Positions 35,419 to 49,497 of a stretch of 64,000 bases of DNA are shown here, one piece after another. The DNA is taken from assembly GCA_010093705.1 (NCBI GenBank), contig MU006089.1, positions 2,157,561-2,221,560 of the forward strand. The letters run 5' to 3'. The notes below the pieces were generated by a model that saw only the letters and a program-made list of their open reading frames with translations, did no database searches and was not told where the DNA came from. Position numbers and translations under genes: made by a program. Position 1 is the first letter of the stretch; every line of letters starts with the position of its first letter. The stretch comes from Patellaria atrata CBS 101060. Lineage: Eukaryota.

Positions 35419-38004
35419 CTCAACTAAATAGAGCTAAGTGGATAGTACCAACCATGTACTGTGGACCGATTATAGGAAGACCGAGCAACTCAATAGGTAG
35501 AAAGTAACGGAATGTACCTGATGAAGATTGCACATAAAGCAGGCTGTGACATGGAACTGTCACCGGAAAGGGCGAGCCATTGGGGATTTAGTTAATGATG
35601 AGCTGACCAGTGCAACAGATCTATCAAGAGCAAATATCTTAAACTGACCTATTCTATGGGACGTAAATCGAAACCACCCATGTTTGTCCCCAGCCCTAGA
35701 AAGAACGAGGGATGGAAGAGGAACTGTAACATGAACCATGGAAAGTAATCACGGATAGGCGATTGAATCTTGATTGAAGATCGTGCTTTCGCATCCCAGG
35801 GTGCCACAAGGGATGAAATATTCAAGGGAAAGTTCCGACTGATAGCACACCTGGAGCTGTTTTTATAACAAGCGAACGAGAAATCCTGGGTCGAATGCTT
35901 GTGAACGGTGACTCCTTTTGATTCCACGGTACACTTTGCCTCTCTTAGTAAAATGCGTGGATCTCGCGGCATTTCTGAGGAAGCCAAGGTCCGCATTTAG
36001 ATACAGATCAGATCATGTAAAGTTAATAGATCCAGCTGCAGAATGAGATCAGTCAAGCCGGATGCGAACATGACCACCGATGCATCGTGGCTAAGATTTT
36101 TCTCGCTTGAGATAGCTATAAAGCCACTATATTGTGGTCAAAAGAGTTGATCCCTATGATCAGTAAACAATCCTGCACGATGGTGGAAGCGCAACAGCGT
36201 TACGACTTTCAGAGAATTGAGAATCTAGTATCAGCAGTACTACTACAGAACAAGCGGCTATCGATGAGGAGGCTAATTAAAGAGTTGGATATCCTAAGAT
36301 GTTGTACTTAGAGACATCTGTCGCCGTCCAGGAGACACTCCAGGACCTGTGCCCGCAGCAAGGAGTAAGGGTTCGTGGCCGTAGACTGGTAGAAAACATT
36401 TTAACTCGAAAGATATCGTACGATAGCATCAGACGACCTATAAACGGTGGCTGAAGCCAAACGAACAAGAACGATGAAATAAATTGCCCTACCATTGGTT
36501 AGGGGACAGCAGAGACTAGTGTCTGATATGGTTTGGGAACGGAATGTTGTGACTACTTCCTAAACGATAAGGTTGGATGTTGATCTTTTGAATATTAGTA
36601 TAATTTGCGAGATCGAAAAACCGAACTTCTTCGTGGGTACAGCCAATAATGTTAGACATGACCTAGACCTTGGTGATCAGCGGCGATTTTACCGTCTGTC
36701 AAACACATGGCACCACGAGAGGTCTTCTTCGGGCTGATTGAGTTAGGACATGGGCTTCCTTTTACCTTTGCGAAGACATTGAGCTGAAACAGACGAGGGA
36801 AACGTCTTCGCTCCTGCTCGTCGCTTCTGTGGAACTGAAGGTGCGAAGGTCGGGTTGAGAGAGAGACAACTACAAAATGCAGATAAAGATGGAAAAGCTG
36901 TGAAGCGGGAGTATAATTTTAAAGTGGGCAATAATGAAGTTGGAGGTGGGAATGAAGGAGTTAGGTTAGATGTGTAAGGCAAGACCGAAGTAGTCCGAGA
37001 GGCTTCGGAATGGCTGCATCGAACACGTTCGGAAACGCCCCGACCTTCTATCTTCCAATTCTTCGGTCCAAGGGGACGCCGTGGCTTCAAAGCCGCAAAC
37101 CATAGGGCGGTGCACGTCTCGTTCTAGAAGTAATCGTGGCTGCTGGTAAAGGTTTCCAGATTGTGCTAGTACGACTAATTTCGGTACGACATAAAATTTG
37201 AATCTCTGAGACATTCTGTAGATGATTCAGGATAATAGGGCAACCTGGAGGTTAAGTTATTCCCTTCAATGTGGTCGGGATATATCAATCGAGTCTCTTG
37301 TAGACGTAGAGGGAGACAGGGTGATAAACGGGCCTCGAATTCAAGAGTTGTATAACTATTGATTCTTGGTACCATAAGCGAATACTAAACGCAATCGTCA
37401 ACGACCATGGGTTCCTAGGAAGGATTGAACTGCCTTCAAGTCGAGTCCGGGGTCATGGCAACTATACGGCGAACATACGTTTCGGAGGGTTATTGCAGAT
37501 TGACCTGATAGTAATCAGTATCAAACACATCGTACTCGATTAAAAATGGCGTCTCCCATTGCTTGTTCCTGATTCCATGCGTTTACGGGATCTTGCTTCG
37601 GATGTTGTGCAACATGACTTGTGGCTGCCACGATATCTAGATATTCGATGGAACTACACATCGGTTGCATTACTAGAGCAACACGGCTAGACGAACTGCT
37701 GTGCGAGCCTTCAGGCCATCCACTCTGTGGTACCTCCTGTGGTGGTTGGGAACCAGATGAAAGATCAATTACATTGAAACTCCGAGTAAAATCAACCAAA
37801 AGTAAGCGATATTGATCAACACTCCCGCATGCTGTACTGGAGATCCTGAGAACTCTTGATCGGCTGCTATGCCACACACACCCAAGCACTAAGATGCATC
37901 AGATATAGGAAAAAGGAAGGGGAATAAAAATACAAATAGAGGCGGATATGATGTGACAGTCTAATCGAGTAGATTTTGAAAACCCTCCCTCCAGTCCAAG
38001 ACAT

Positions 38005-39385
38005 CTATAGACGTAATAACTTAGCCGCATAATTTACGATCAAGCCCTCAGTTGGGAATGACATTTCTTCGAGTTTTTGGGCGTACGGGGTCGGAACCTC
38101 AGCGCCAGTGACTCGTACAGGGGGTGCTTCGAGATAATCGAAGGCATACTCGCAAGCGAGTGTTACCAGTTCGGCACCCACACCGAATGCCGGGAAACCG
38201 GATTCCACAGCCATGAAGTGTCCGGTCTTCTTGACCGATTTCACAATCGCTTCCACATCCAGGGGTTTGATGGATCTTAAGTTGATAACCTCCGCCTCAA
38301 CGCCATATTTCTGTTTCAGCTGCTCAGCTGCGACTAAGCACTGGCCGACACACCGTGAAAGAGTGACCATAGTTATATCGTTTCCGGGACGCTCGATCTT
38401 TGCCTTTCCGAACTATTGTCGAGTTAATTAGCGAGGAGACAAAGGTGCGGGGATATATACGTACGGGAATGACAAAGTCGTCCTTCTGTGCCTCCTCGCT
38501 CATAGGAAATTGTAGACCATAAAGTAACCTAATATCAAGTAAGTTGAATTCAGGTGCCTGATGCGTCAGTGACCTACTCATTCTCGAGAACAACGACCGG
38601 ATTGGGGTCCCGGATTGCGGCCTTCAGAAGGCCTTTTGCATCCTCCGAACTGTACGGTGACACCACCTTTAAGCCTGGGATGCTCCCATACCATGCAGTA
38701 TAGTCCTGGGAGTGTTGCGCGGCAACGCCAGCAGCAAAGCCATTGGGCCCTCTGAACGTGATGTTACAAGGTTGAATACCGCCGGACATATAATGCGTCT
38801 TCGCGGCAGAATTGATAATCTGATCAATGGCTTGCATTGCGAAATTGAAGGTCATGAACTCGCACTAAGTAGAATTGTGAGTATAAACTTTTGTGTTACT
38901 GTTAAGAAGCAACCTACAATAGGATGTAGACCAGCGAGCGCAGCACCGACAGTTAGACCGCAGAAACCAGATTCAGTAATAGGGCTGTCAATGACCCTCT
39001 TTTCGCCGAACCGATCAAGTAAGCCTTTGGTCACCTTATAGCTATGCAAAACCAAAGTTAGAAACTATGAACCTCTGCGATTCATTGTCTTGAAATCTCG
39101 ACCTGACATACGACTTAAGCTGGGGTAGACTTACGCTCCGTTATACTGAGCAACTTCCTCACCCAAGACGAAGACCTTGTCATTCTTCTCCATCTCTTCT
39201 GCCATTGCTTCATTCAAAGCCTCTCTCACCGTCATGTCCTTTGACCCGCTAGAGGTAGCATAATTCCTACTCCTCGCAATTGACGATATTGAAGCTATTG
39301 GGCGGATGCTATTTCGGAGTGCTGGGGCCGGTTTGTTCGCACTGAGTAGTCGCGCAACAGGACGGAAAACCCGTAAAGCAGACAT
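38005..39385 (-). CDS. PDB1: Pyruvate dehydrogenase E1 beta subunit, mitochondrial
   Basis: Presequence [68 protein letters not shown]. Introns 39134-39042, 38917-38865, 38577-38529 and 38464-38413. Confidence 0.97.
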
Positions 39386-40048
39386 TGCTGCGGAAGACAG
39401 AACGGAGGTGTGAGAAGAAGTGAGGAAGATGGACAGAAGATTGGAGAAAGGTGATTGAGAAATTGTTGTAAGTCGTGGCCTCGAGCTCAATGATCGGGCT
39501 TCGTAAGGTTGAGCTCGGGAGTTTGCCAAGCCTCCCGCCAAAAATTTATGGATCTTGTTCGGACCCCTACCGTTTTCTCTCCCAGCTCACTGTACGTCGT
39601 ATTGGTACGTTTATGCCGGAAATAATTCTTTGGCGTCACTATAACAGAACAAACAGCATATATAAAAGAGCTTCGGGGGTATTTGATGTTCTAATTTGTG
39701 ATCAATCTGATAAACTGGAAAAAGACTTCTTTCATCATATACAAGTCCATAAAGCAGAAAACCTTTCCTAATGACACCCGAAACACACGTGCCAGATCCC
39801 AAATGCCAAAAACCACATCCCAGGAGAGAGCCAAAATACATCTCCCGAAGCTAGAAGAGCCAAAAAGCATCCCAGCCAAGCACAACTCCATCAGATAATA
39901 GTATGACCTCCTCCGGCACACCTTCATTCCGAGCGACTTCCGTCTGTAGAATCTCTAGCTGTTAGCCAATGTATATGAAATTAAATGATAACATAGAGAA
40001 ACATGCGTATTCTCCTCGAAAACTTACCACTCTTGTCCTGCACCCGTA

Positions 40049-41705
40049 CTACTCCTGCACCGTACCAGACGCTGAACCGTCCCGCTTTTCTTTCTGGCTT
40101 TTCAGCCATTCCTGCGTGCGGTCCCGAAGATTTTCGGCGCTACCCCTATGCATCCTCTCGACCGACTCCTCGAGCCCGGTGAACATTCTCGTTTCGGCAG
40201 GACCGCCGAACATTGGTGGGAGCCGAGAACGTTGCGGCTCAGAGCCCGAGGGGGCGGCCTCGAAGGAGTCCCGCTCCCCTCTATCGGACGAGGAAGAAAT
40301 ACCGTCAAAGAACCTTGACACATTAAATACCACTGCTCGGGCCCGTACCTCGTTGAGTCGGGCTTGCCAGTCCGGATGGCCGTCACCGGTATAGTTCGGT
40401 ATGGGCCGGGCAGTGGTATCGAGGCTCGGGACTCGGATAACGCTATCGATGTGCGGGATTACGACGCTCATATGGTTGTTATTCGTCGGGAGTGATTCAC
40501 TGTGCATCGGTTCATCCGTGGTCTCTGGCGTAGTACGCAAGCCAGAAACACCTGGAGTCACATCATGAGAACGGTTTATATCAGTCAGGACGTTCAAACC
40601 TACTGTGTTCTCTGTGAAAAAATTGGATGGCGCAGTGCCGTACGCTGGAGCTGGGGGAGGGGGAGAGCGCACCCTACCCCCAAACTGGAGTACTTTCCAT
40701 CCTTTTAGTACCATTACACCTCAAACGTATAGTAGATCACTTACATGTATTCGCATGCGGCGAGACCGAGCGTACATACAGCGACGCACGTCTAGGTAAT
40801 CGAGGTGTATTGTCGACGAAAAGCTCTTGAGGGGTGTGACGAGCGTAAAGTGCGGATTGAGGAGTAATTAATGGAGGTGTGACAGTAGGTGGAGGCGGGA
40901 CACTGACGGGCTGCATCTCAATGTCCCAAGTTGCATTTCCAGTGCCTTGTTGTGACCGGTTAAGTCCGTCACGAGTCATCTGGACTATTTGGCTGTGGGG
41001 CTCTTTAAATATTCTTTTCAACCAACGCTCAGGGAGTAGCAAGAAGAATAATGCTAGTAGAAGAAGAGGCCCGGTGATGCCAGTGAATAGAGCGACATTT
41101 AGGCGATACGTTCCGTTCGCATATGAAATTAATAAACCCGTTCCCCCAAGGACAGTCAAGAGGAGCAGCAGACCGCAGACGACTTTGCAGTATTTCTTAA
41201 ACAGCTTTGAAGTGATATTTGCCGAAGACGAGAAACGTCTAAAACGAATGAAGTCGGCATGGTTGAGAGGGTTACGGACCATGACAGCATTAGGAATTGA
41301 GAAGATGGAGTATCGGTGGCGGTTATTGCGGCGACTTTGTGGGACCATGTCACCGACTGCAATGGACAATATGGAAGCTCGAAAGTTGTTCCCGTTGGAA
41401 GGGTCACGGTAGTCGCGTTGTGGGACTGTAAGAGCGCTTGTGATAGAGGTAACGGAACTTCTGATTTGGTCACGGTCGGGAGGGTCTTGATAGTCGCGTT
41501 GTGAGGTCCTGGAATTACTCGTATTGGAGGCAGTGGGAGTGAGTCCGAGGCCGGAACGGTTGAAATTAGCCTCTAACTGACGAAGGGCACGATAAAGATG
41601 AGGCCTGATACCTAATCTACTATGCCAACCGACAGGTAATGGCGTCGCAATGCATTGATGGTCGTCTTCAATATTGAATCCGTCTTCGTGAGCTGCGGTA
41701 ACCAT
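40049..41705 (-). CDS. Hypothetical membrane protein with two TM helices (two ORFs probably joined by a short intron near 40744-40690)
   Basis: Consecutive same-strand ORFs 40737-41705 and 40049-40714, with a GTAAGT donor at 40744. The acceptor is uncertain. Two hydrophobic helices and PPPPAPAYG. Confidence 0.5.
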
Positions 41706-42395
41706 GTTGTTGTACTGAGATGTAACCGGTGCTTAAGAAGTGCTTTGGATGAAGAAGTAAATAAGGTCTCTGAAAGAATAAGCAAAGAAATTTGTGGACA
41801 AAGAAGCGAAGAAGCTTTCTGGATGAAGTAAAGAAGCTTTCAAAATGTTGAAGTAAAGAAGATGGAGTCTGCAGCTTGAAAGGTGTGGATTGTAAGAAGC
41901 AGAAGAAAAGCGAGAAGTGTAGCTAGTAGTCAGCTTTGTAAACAAGAATAAGTACGCGTCCGCGCGTTTGAGTCAATCCAAACGGAGGCGCGGGAGATGT
42001 CGCCCAAGGTGAAGTAAACTTGACGAATTCAAGGTGAAGTGAAGTTCACAGAAGATTCAGCGGTTTGTTGTAGGTTGTAGAGAATCATATGACATAGCTT
42101 GGCTACGCCGTGTCAGTTTCACGACGACAGATCGTGGTTGTAGAGGAGGATGATTATGAAGGAGAAAATGTGTCACAAAGGCACGATATCACGAGAGAAC
42201 TCATTGAAATAGGAGATATGAAATTGAGTTCGGTATTAATCACTGACGTTGAGATAATGAACCCTTGGAACTCCACGCTTGATGCTTTCTTTTACCCCTA
42301 TTAGATAAGCATAGTTCTCACAAACGCCAACACATAAACAAAAGACCAAAAAAAAACTTCGAGTGAAGAAATATGCGTTACTGAGAGACCCATCA

Positions 42396-43821
42396 TTACG
42401 ACTCGGTTTGGGGATCTATCTTCCCTAACCACTCCCCTCTTAACGATGCTTCCGCGGCCTCCGGTTCCATGTCAGTGATGCTGACACTCATGATATCCAC
42501 TCGCTCTTCCTCTGTGTGACCCATTGTCTGAGGTGCTTTATTTTGTCTCCTCGGTTTCATGAACAGTCGTTGAGCAATAGGATAGTAATACGCTGCTTTC
42601 TGCCGTCTCCGTCCACCTTCTTGCTCGTCATTCGCTACGGGATCATAAAGTGCCAGGGCCACGGTTGTACTAAACGGCTCAGTAGTACTGCCTGTAGCTG
42701 CAGTGGTTTCGTAAACCCGCTGACGTAGATATTCGAATGTAGTATTCTCACTGCTGTCAAAATCTTGTATAGAGTTATTATCAATTTCATTAACACTACT
42801 AAACTTCCTCTTAATATCCTGGACCCGTTCAGGATGCGGAAGGAAGAACTCATAATCTAAGAAAGTCGTTTTTATGGCTCGTATATCGTCTTCAGTACCA
42901 TGGTTGGCTTGAGCTTGGACAAGTTTTTCACTGCCAGCTTCTGATATATCAAGTGGACGGAGGATTGCTACATCTAAACGTTCGTCATAAACGTCCGTGG
43001 GAGCTACTGGATTTGTCTGGTACTTAACCACGAAATAAGATCCAGTAGCAGGTATTGATTCCAGGTCTGGAATCAAGGGATAGCTATCCACCAACTTCAG
43101 ATTAGGCTTGGATGGATGACGAGGATTATTCCAAGCATCTCGTTCTTGTTGTAGAATTTCGGCGCCTCGTATGTGTGCATCCGAGTCGGGTCCTTTGTAT
43201 GCTTCTCTAGGATACGCAATGTCGAACCCTTTTATGATCGACTTTAGTATATGAGTTGGGTCGTCTTGTAAGGTTTCTGCTCGTCGTTTCTTGCGAACTG
43301 GTGTCCGGCTACGTAGAAGCTCTTTTGAAGTAGTTGATTCATACCGCATCCCCTGTCCACCCAGCGATGTCATGTACTCAGTTCGCCGTAGAAAACTGAC
43401 GCCCGAGGTGACTGATGAGGGCTTTCCCAAGGTACCAGCGGGTCGCATCAAAAGTTTGTCGGTAGGGTGTAAGGAAGGGGGGTTATCAAGGGCTTGGATA
43501 ACTGTGCTTCAATCAACTCCATGAACTTTATATATTCAATCCTAATTGCGAAGACTTACCGCGCTCATCGCCTTCAAACACCTTTGGGAGACCGACGAGA
43601 TCTATAGGCATTCCAAGTTCCGCATCGGCTTCAATATTGAGGGACTGCTCCCTCGCAAGCCGCGATGCGAAGATAGCTGACGTATATGTTCCACTGGAAA
43701 GCCCAGTGTTTGGAATATCCAACAATTTCGGTGGGTTGGGTGGCGGAGGGAGCACATTAGAGTATCGTATGCGCGCAATGTAATCTTGGTGATAGACTCT
43801 CTCGGGGCGCGCTGAAGCCAT
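42396..43821 (-). CDS. PAF1: RNA polymerase II-associated factor 1
   Basis: HQDYIARIRYSNVLPPPP, DAELGMPIDLV, VSFLRRTEYM, NPRHPSKP..LVDSYPLIPD. One intron at about 43559-43503. Confidence 0.92.
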
Positions 43822-44178
43822 ATTGAAGCTATTGATCGTAATACCTATGAGAGAGCTGAAGGTAGAGTAGAATACTCTTGCGAAAAGCTGTGGAATGAGA
43901 ATAAAGGATATAGAGCTTCAAGTGATAAGTCAATCGCGGACGTCGTGTAAGGTAAGGTAAATGGAAATTATTGGCCTGTTCGGGTTCCCGTAAAACTGAT
44001 TCGTGCATGGGCCACAGTGGTGTATCTGACCTTATTAGGGCACGAAAGGGGTCTTGTACTCCTCAGGTTCAGTAAATTTCTATGGCTGAGTCCAATGAAA
44101 ATGGTTAAGGCCTACTGTATAGTCTTTGCTGGGTATCAATTCATTAGCTATAACGTAGACCGGTACTAAACTACATTT

Positions 44179-46696
44179 CTACCAAGACCATGTCACTTTG
44201 TATGCTAGAAGCCTGGCTCCGTGCATGTCATACTCCTTCTGTCCGATCCAGCTATCATTCCCAGAGCTGGAAAGCTTTCCATATATACTAGCGCCTTTCC
44301 ATACTACAACCTGACCGTCCAGATCTCGCGGTGGCATAGCAGCAAGAACTGCATCCGCTTTGAGATCTGGCTGTGCTTCCCTCAGCTTTATTTCAAGGAA
44401 CGTATTGAATGACGCGGTATTCATGTTTTTGGGATTTGTAACGGTTGGGTTGAGCATTTTTGCTCCACCTCCAATCACCATTATTCCTCCGACAAAATCC
44501 CTGAACTTCTTCTCGTCATTCTTAGATCCATGACTAATTGACCTTAGAATAGCCAGTTCCAGGGGCATAATAGGTAGAATATGATCCCGCTCTTCCGCTA
44601 GTTTTATCTTCTCGGCTACAGGGTCATAGAGAGGAATATCAGATGCCTCCGCGCCGCCTACAGCCGGTGAATCCCTTGCGGGATTAGGTGTGCCTTCAGG
44701 GCCTGGTGAACCGGCGACAGAGGATCGTGGAGTACCTTCGATATCGTTAAGTCGGTTTAGAAGATTATATGGCTGCTGCCTTGCTGGAGTGGCTGTGATG
44801 GTAGTTGTATTGGTAACACCGTTGGTATCGCCGTTCTTCTCTGCATACTTCCGCTGAGCCCATTCAAGTACGTCAATTTGCGCATTCGAAATAGGATCAC
44901 TGGGCGATCCGTCGTATAGGTCGTAGCCTTTGTCGATAAGCTTACGTCGTCCCTCAAGCTTGGAAGAAATATCGAATAAGTCAGGCTCAAAGAAACCCTA
45001 CAGTTTGTCAATGATCTGTTCGACAGGTGTTTGAGAGCAAATACCGACCATAGGTGCAATCATAGGCTCATCATAAGTCTTGTACTGGTATCTCCTCGTA
45101 TCCTGCCCAGCCACCCGCAGATAGAAACTCCACTGCCTCACAATGACATCCGCATCATTCATCGTGAGTGTCTCATGTTTACGTTCTTCCGCTAGGAGGA
45201 AGTCATATCTGCGGTTGAGGTTGATATCAGAGTAGGGGAACTGGTCGATGAGCATCATTTTAAATAAAGCCTCAGTTACGTCTGCGCCACCGTATTTTAG
45301 ATTAATACGGGATGACTCTATACACATACCCTCATCAACGCAACAAATGGATGTCTTTTGAGCGCCGACGTCCACGATACAGGCACTTGCTACGCCTGCG
45401 CCGAAGCTAGCAGCTAGACTTTCCTGGATAAAACAAACTCTTCCAAAGCCGAAATCTCGGATGAGCATATCGAGCATACTTGTAACGTATATCCGATCAT
45501 ATAAATCTGGAATAACGAATACGCATCCAAATTGATTCCAATCTTTTTTGCGAGGTAGATCCAGTTGTGATTTTATAGCATCCTCTAGTATTAATGTGAT
45601 ATCTCTAAATAGCGCGTTTTTGCTACTGTAGTCTTTTTCATTAAGCCAGCCATGTTGAATCGGCCAAAAGAGCTTATATCTTGGGTTAGACTTGTCAGGT
45701 ATTCGAAGTGCAGCGTTGCCAGTGAAATACTCGGGTGCCTTTCTAGAAAATGGAGGTATCTCAGTCCAGTCCACGCGATCAGTATCATTATGTTCCGTGA
45801 TAATGTCCGGAGAAGACTTCCTATTGAAACTACTTGCAGGATGCCTTTGGTTCGGTAGCACTCGGCGCTTGTTTAATCGCATGCGAGTTGTTAATTCCGA
45901 GCCCATACGCCCGAATAGGTCATAGAACTACAGAAAATTAGCCATCGAATCAAGTATTTAACTAATACATACGTCGTCGCCAAACCATTGATCAGGATCC
46001 TCGGGTACCTCTCCATCAATCTTAAGACGCTTTGGTTTTGGTTCCACACTTTCTCCTTCGCTCTCATTCTCGCGGGATTTGTGAGCAACACACATAGGGA
46101 CGGTTTTCGGTAAAGCATCACTTGCGAGTCCTATCCGAAGGTATTGACTACCGGGATGAATCACTACGACCTTCGAGCCTAATACTTCCTGCATCCCCAT
46201 TCCTCCAGTAGCTTCCTCGGGAATGGTGTCATCGTTCATCTCGACGTCTGGGTCTGGTAAAGTGGCCCCGTTATTGCTTGTTTGTGCAAGAGCACGATCT
46301 CTGTCTCGGGCTTCCCGCACCATGCGATTCCGACTCTCTTCATTTTGAGAACGTAGGGCTAGGATCTGGTCGTCGCGTTTTAAGTACTCTCTAGTGTTTG
46401 ATGTGATCAGCTATGTAGAATTAATCCAACGCAAAATTACAAGCTGAACAACTTGTCCGTCATTGAAATAGTAACACAAGGAGGCCAGATTAGGGAAGAA
46501 GGGAACGAACGTATAGTAATTCTTTTGATTGATCATATTCACTACTGGCCAAGTCGTTATGTCCAGATTATTGTCGGTCTTTTCGAGCCCTACATGGAAG
46601 ACGAATGTCAGCTATCTCAAGTCATGGAATATTATCCGCTATTGCATTCGTACCCTCTTCCCGCATCTGGGCTTTGCCGGATCGTTTTCCAACCAT
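44179..46696 (-). CDS. ARP8: Actin-related protein 8 (INO80 complex)
   Basis: Spliced N-terminus MVGKRSGK...LERTDNN...INQKNYYT/EYLKRDDQ; VIHPGSQYLRIG, IQESLAASFGAG, CIVDVGAQKTSICCVDEG, VVWKGAS. Multi-exon. Confidence 0.93.
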
Positions 46697-47715
46697 GATG
46701 AGATACTTGTGGATGAGGAGAACTGTATAAAAACTGCTGCCTAAGTATTCTCAATATCTGAATCTCTCGACCTCCCTCGAGTGTGGATTTAGTATCGCTT
46801 TGAAAGAGTGTCCGTGATCGAGTTTGGTCTGAATGAAGCTCGACGCTCGTTGATCGAAGCTCACCACAATGGCTAGCTGAAGTCTTCAGTAAGGATCCCC
46901 AATTCCTTGGTGATATCAGCACTTCCAAAAGCTAGAGTAGACATTGACTTGAAGACCATGAGTATCCGGTTATTGGAACGGCCTCACCGCCCTCGCGATA
47001 GGCGCAAGGACGCGTTTGAAATTCGGATGCGTGACGGGATGAATTTCATCGTTGTGCACGGTCCAACACTTGTAGTTTAGTTCTAGGGTTCCATTATAGA
47101 AGCCTTATTCTAATCTATAAACCATTATTTAGTCACCATAAGATTATCTACTTGATTCCTAATGCTATATCAATCATTTATCTCTTATTACAAGGCAGTT
47201 CTAGCTCTCACTATGGAGGACCCAATGAAAGCGGAAAAAAGTATGAGACATGTAATTAGATAGATACCGAAGAGACAAATGTCTTGAATCACATGTTAGA
47301 CTAAAGAGACGCAATCTATATGATCGTATATATATTGCGATGCCTTACGTCTAGTGACTTTCGTCCCTTCTCATCAAAGTGCAACCTTCCTTCTCATAGT
47401 GGACTTCTTCAGATTGCGATGTTAGTCACGCTTATAACGTAATACCTTATACTGCTTGGAACGCATGTTGATGCTTATGCTCTTTAGTCTAACTGGGTCT
47501 CTGACTTGCCTGGCTGCTGAGTTATTCGAGGATATTTTCGAACCGTAGTATGCTATGAAACACACGCCCATCGGAGCAATTCAAAATCGCTCTATGTGAG
47601 GAATTGAAAATTATCAGGAACTGAATGCATGTTGCTCTTATCACTAAATTGGGATGAAGTAAGTACTTAAATAGAAGAGGAGAGCTACGTTGGATCGTAG
47701 GATCCTCACCAACGC

Positions 47716-49332
47716 CTAAAGACTTTCCAATAACTGAGCTACTTGAAGGACAAGGCTGTCATCCCCGTACTGCCCGATGATCTGGAAACCAAAAGGAGCA
47801 ATATGATCGACCACCTTAATTGGAACACTGACCGCTGGTAAACCAGCGAGGCTGGCAGGAACTGTGAAGACATCATTCATATACGCATCAAGCGGCGACT
47901 GATCTTCAAGCGACTTGAGTAAAGGTGGTCTAGTGGGAGCAGATGGTGAGAGTAAGACATCAACTCCCGAGTTCTGACACTGAGAGCTCACTTCATTCTC
48001 CTTGAGGGGATTTGGTAAGGAGAACGTGCGGTCGAAATCCTCTTGGACCAAGCGCCGCACCTTTTGAGCCTGAATAAAGTAGTTATCGATCGCTCCTGCG
48101 CTCAACGTATATGCGCCCAACAAAATTCGTCGTTTGACCTCATCTCCAAATCCTTCACCACGTGTCTTAGAGAAGAGCACACCATCCGCTCCGTCAGGAC
48201 CCGAGGCTCGACTACCGTATCGTACTCCATCGTACTTGGCGAGGTTGGATGAAGCTTCTGCTGGAGCGAGAACATAATAAGCGGACAGAGCTTGCTTGGT
48301 CGTCGGGAGTGACACTGGTTGAATAGAATGACCGTTTTCACGAAGACGGCGGAGTAGATGTGACCACGCTCTGCGGATATCCGGTTGCAGTTCATGGATA
48401 TTGTATTCCAGCGGTACACCAATTCGCAGTGCGGATACACGATCACTTCTCTGAACTGAAGTCTCCGATATCCTGGCCCGCGTGCTCTTGGGTAGACTAG
48501 TTGGATCTTTATCATCATATTCGTTTATTTCATCTACACGAAAATAAGCGCTTGGTGAACCATATGAAGGTTTAACAACCAACCGAAAATCTCTTGTGCG
48601 ATTGTAGCATCCTGTGCCAATACTCCTACAGTGTCCAGTGAGTTTGCATATGCAATAACACCCCATCTGGATACTAATCCGTACGATGGTTTAAAGCCAA
48701 CAATGCCTGTATAAGCAGCAGGCAATCTGACGGATCCCCCAGTATCTGTACCCAATGCTCTAAATAAATTCAGTAAGACTCTTAAGTCCTAAGTGTGTTA
48801 GACATACGCCCAGCACTGACCTGTAGCAACAGCTACAGCACTTCCTCCTGAGCTTCCCCCAGCGGACAATTGTTCTTGTGAAGCTTCATTCTTCTGGTCC
48901 CTAGCGAACGCGACTGGACCAAAATAAGAATGTACCGAATGTGAGCCCATACCAAACTCATCCATGTTGGTCTTGCCTGCCACAATGGCGCCGGCATGGC
49001 GTAAGATTTTGACAACGGTCGCATCGTAAGGGCTCGTGAAGTTCTTGAGAATGCCCGACGCACTCGTAGTAGGTAAATCAGACGTGCATATATTGTCCTT
49101 AATACCTATAAGCCGTCCATGAAGAGGACCTTTTCCATTATAAGCTTGCCGCAGAGATAGACTGAATTGAGAAGGTTTGGCTCCTATACTAACGAGCTGC
49201 TATGGTATCTGTATCCGCATGTTCGGCTTGCCGTAAAACTGCATGCTTGTCCGAAAGGTTGATGAACGCATTCAGAGCTTTATAAGACCTTTGCTTGGAG
49301 ATGCAGGATTCCGCAGCACGCAATAAAGACAT
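47716..49332 (-). CDS. HER2: Mitochondrial glutamyl-tRNA(Gln) amidotransferase subunit A (amidase signature)
   Basis: [82 protein letters not shown]. Several introns; start ATG 49332 (MSLLRAAE). Confidence 0.93.
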
Positions 49333-49497
49333 GTGCGCATTGTACCTAATTGGGATGTATTTGGGAGCTTCTTTCTGACGGGAGCTCAGGGGATTGAGCT
49401 CATATCGGAAGTTTTCCGCTGTTCACATTTCTGCCGCCCGTGACCGCCCAAAATTTCGAGCTCAAAGTTAATGGAGATCGGTTAGATTTCAAAAGAT

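Noticed and set aside
35590..35650. ATGATGA...CTGA box C/D-like pair
   Set aside because: Too short, no terminal stem and no guide complementarity I could recognise.
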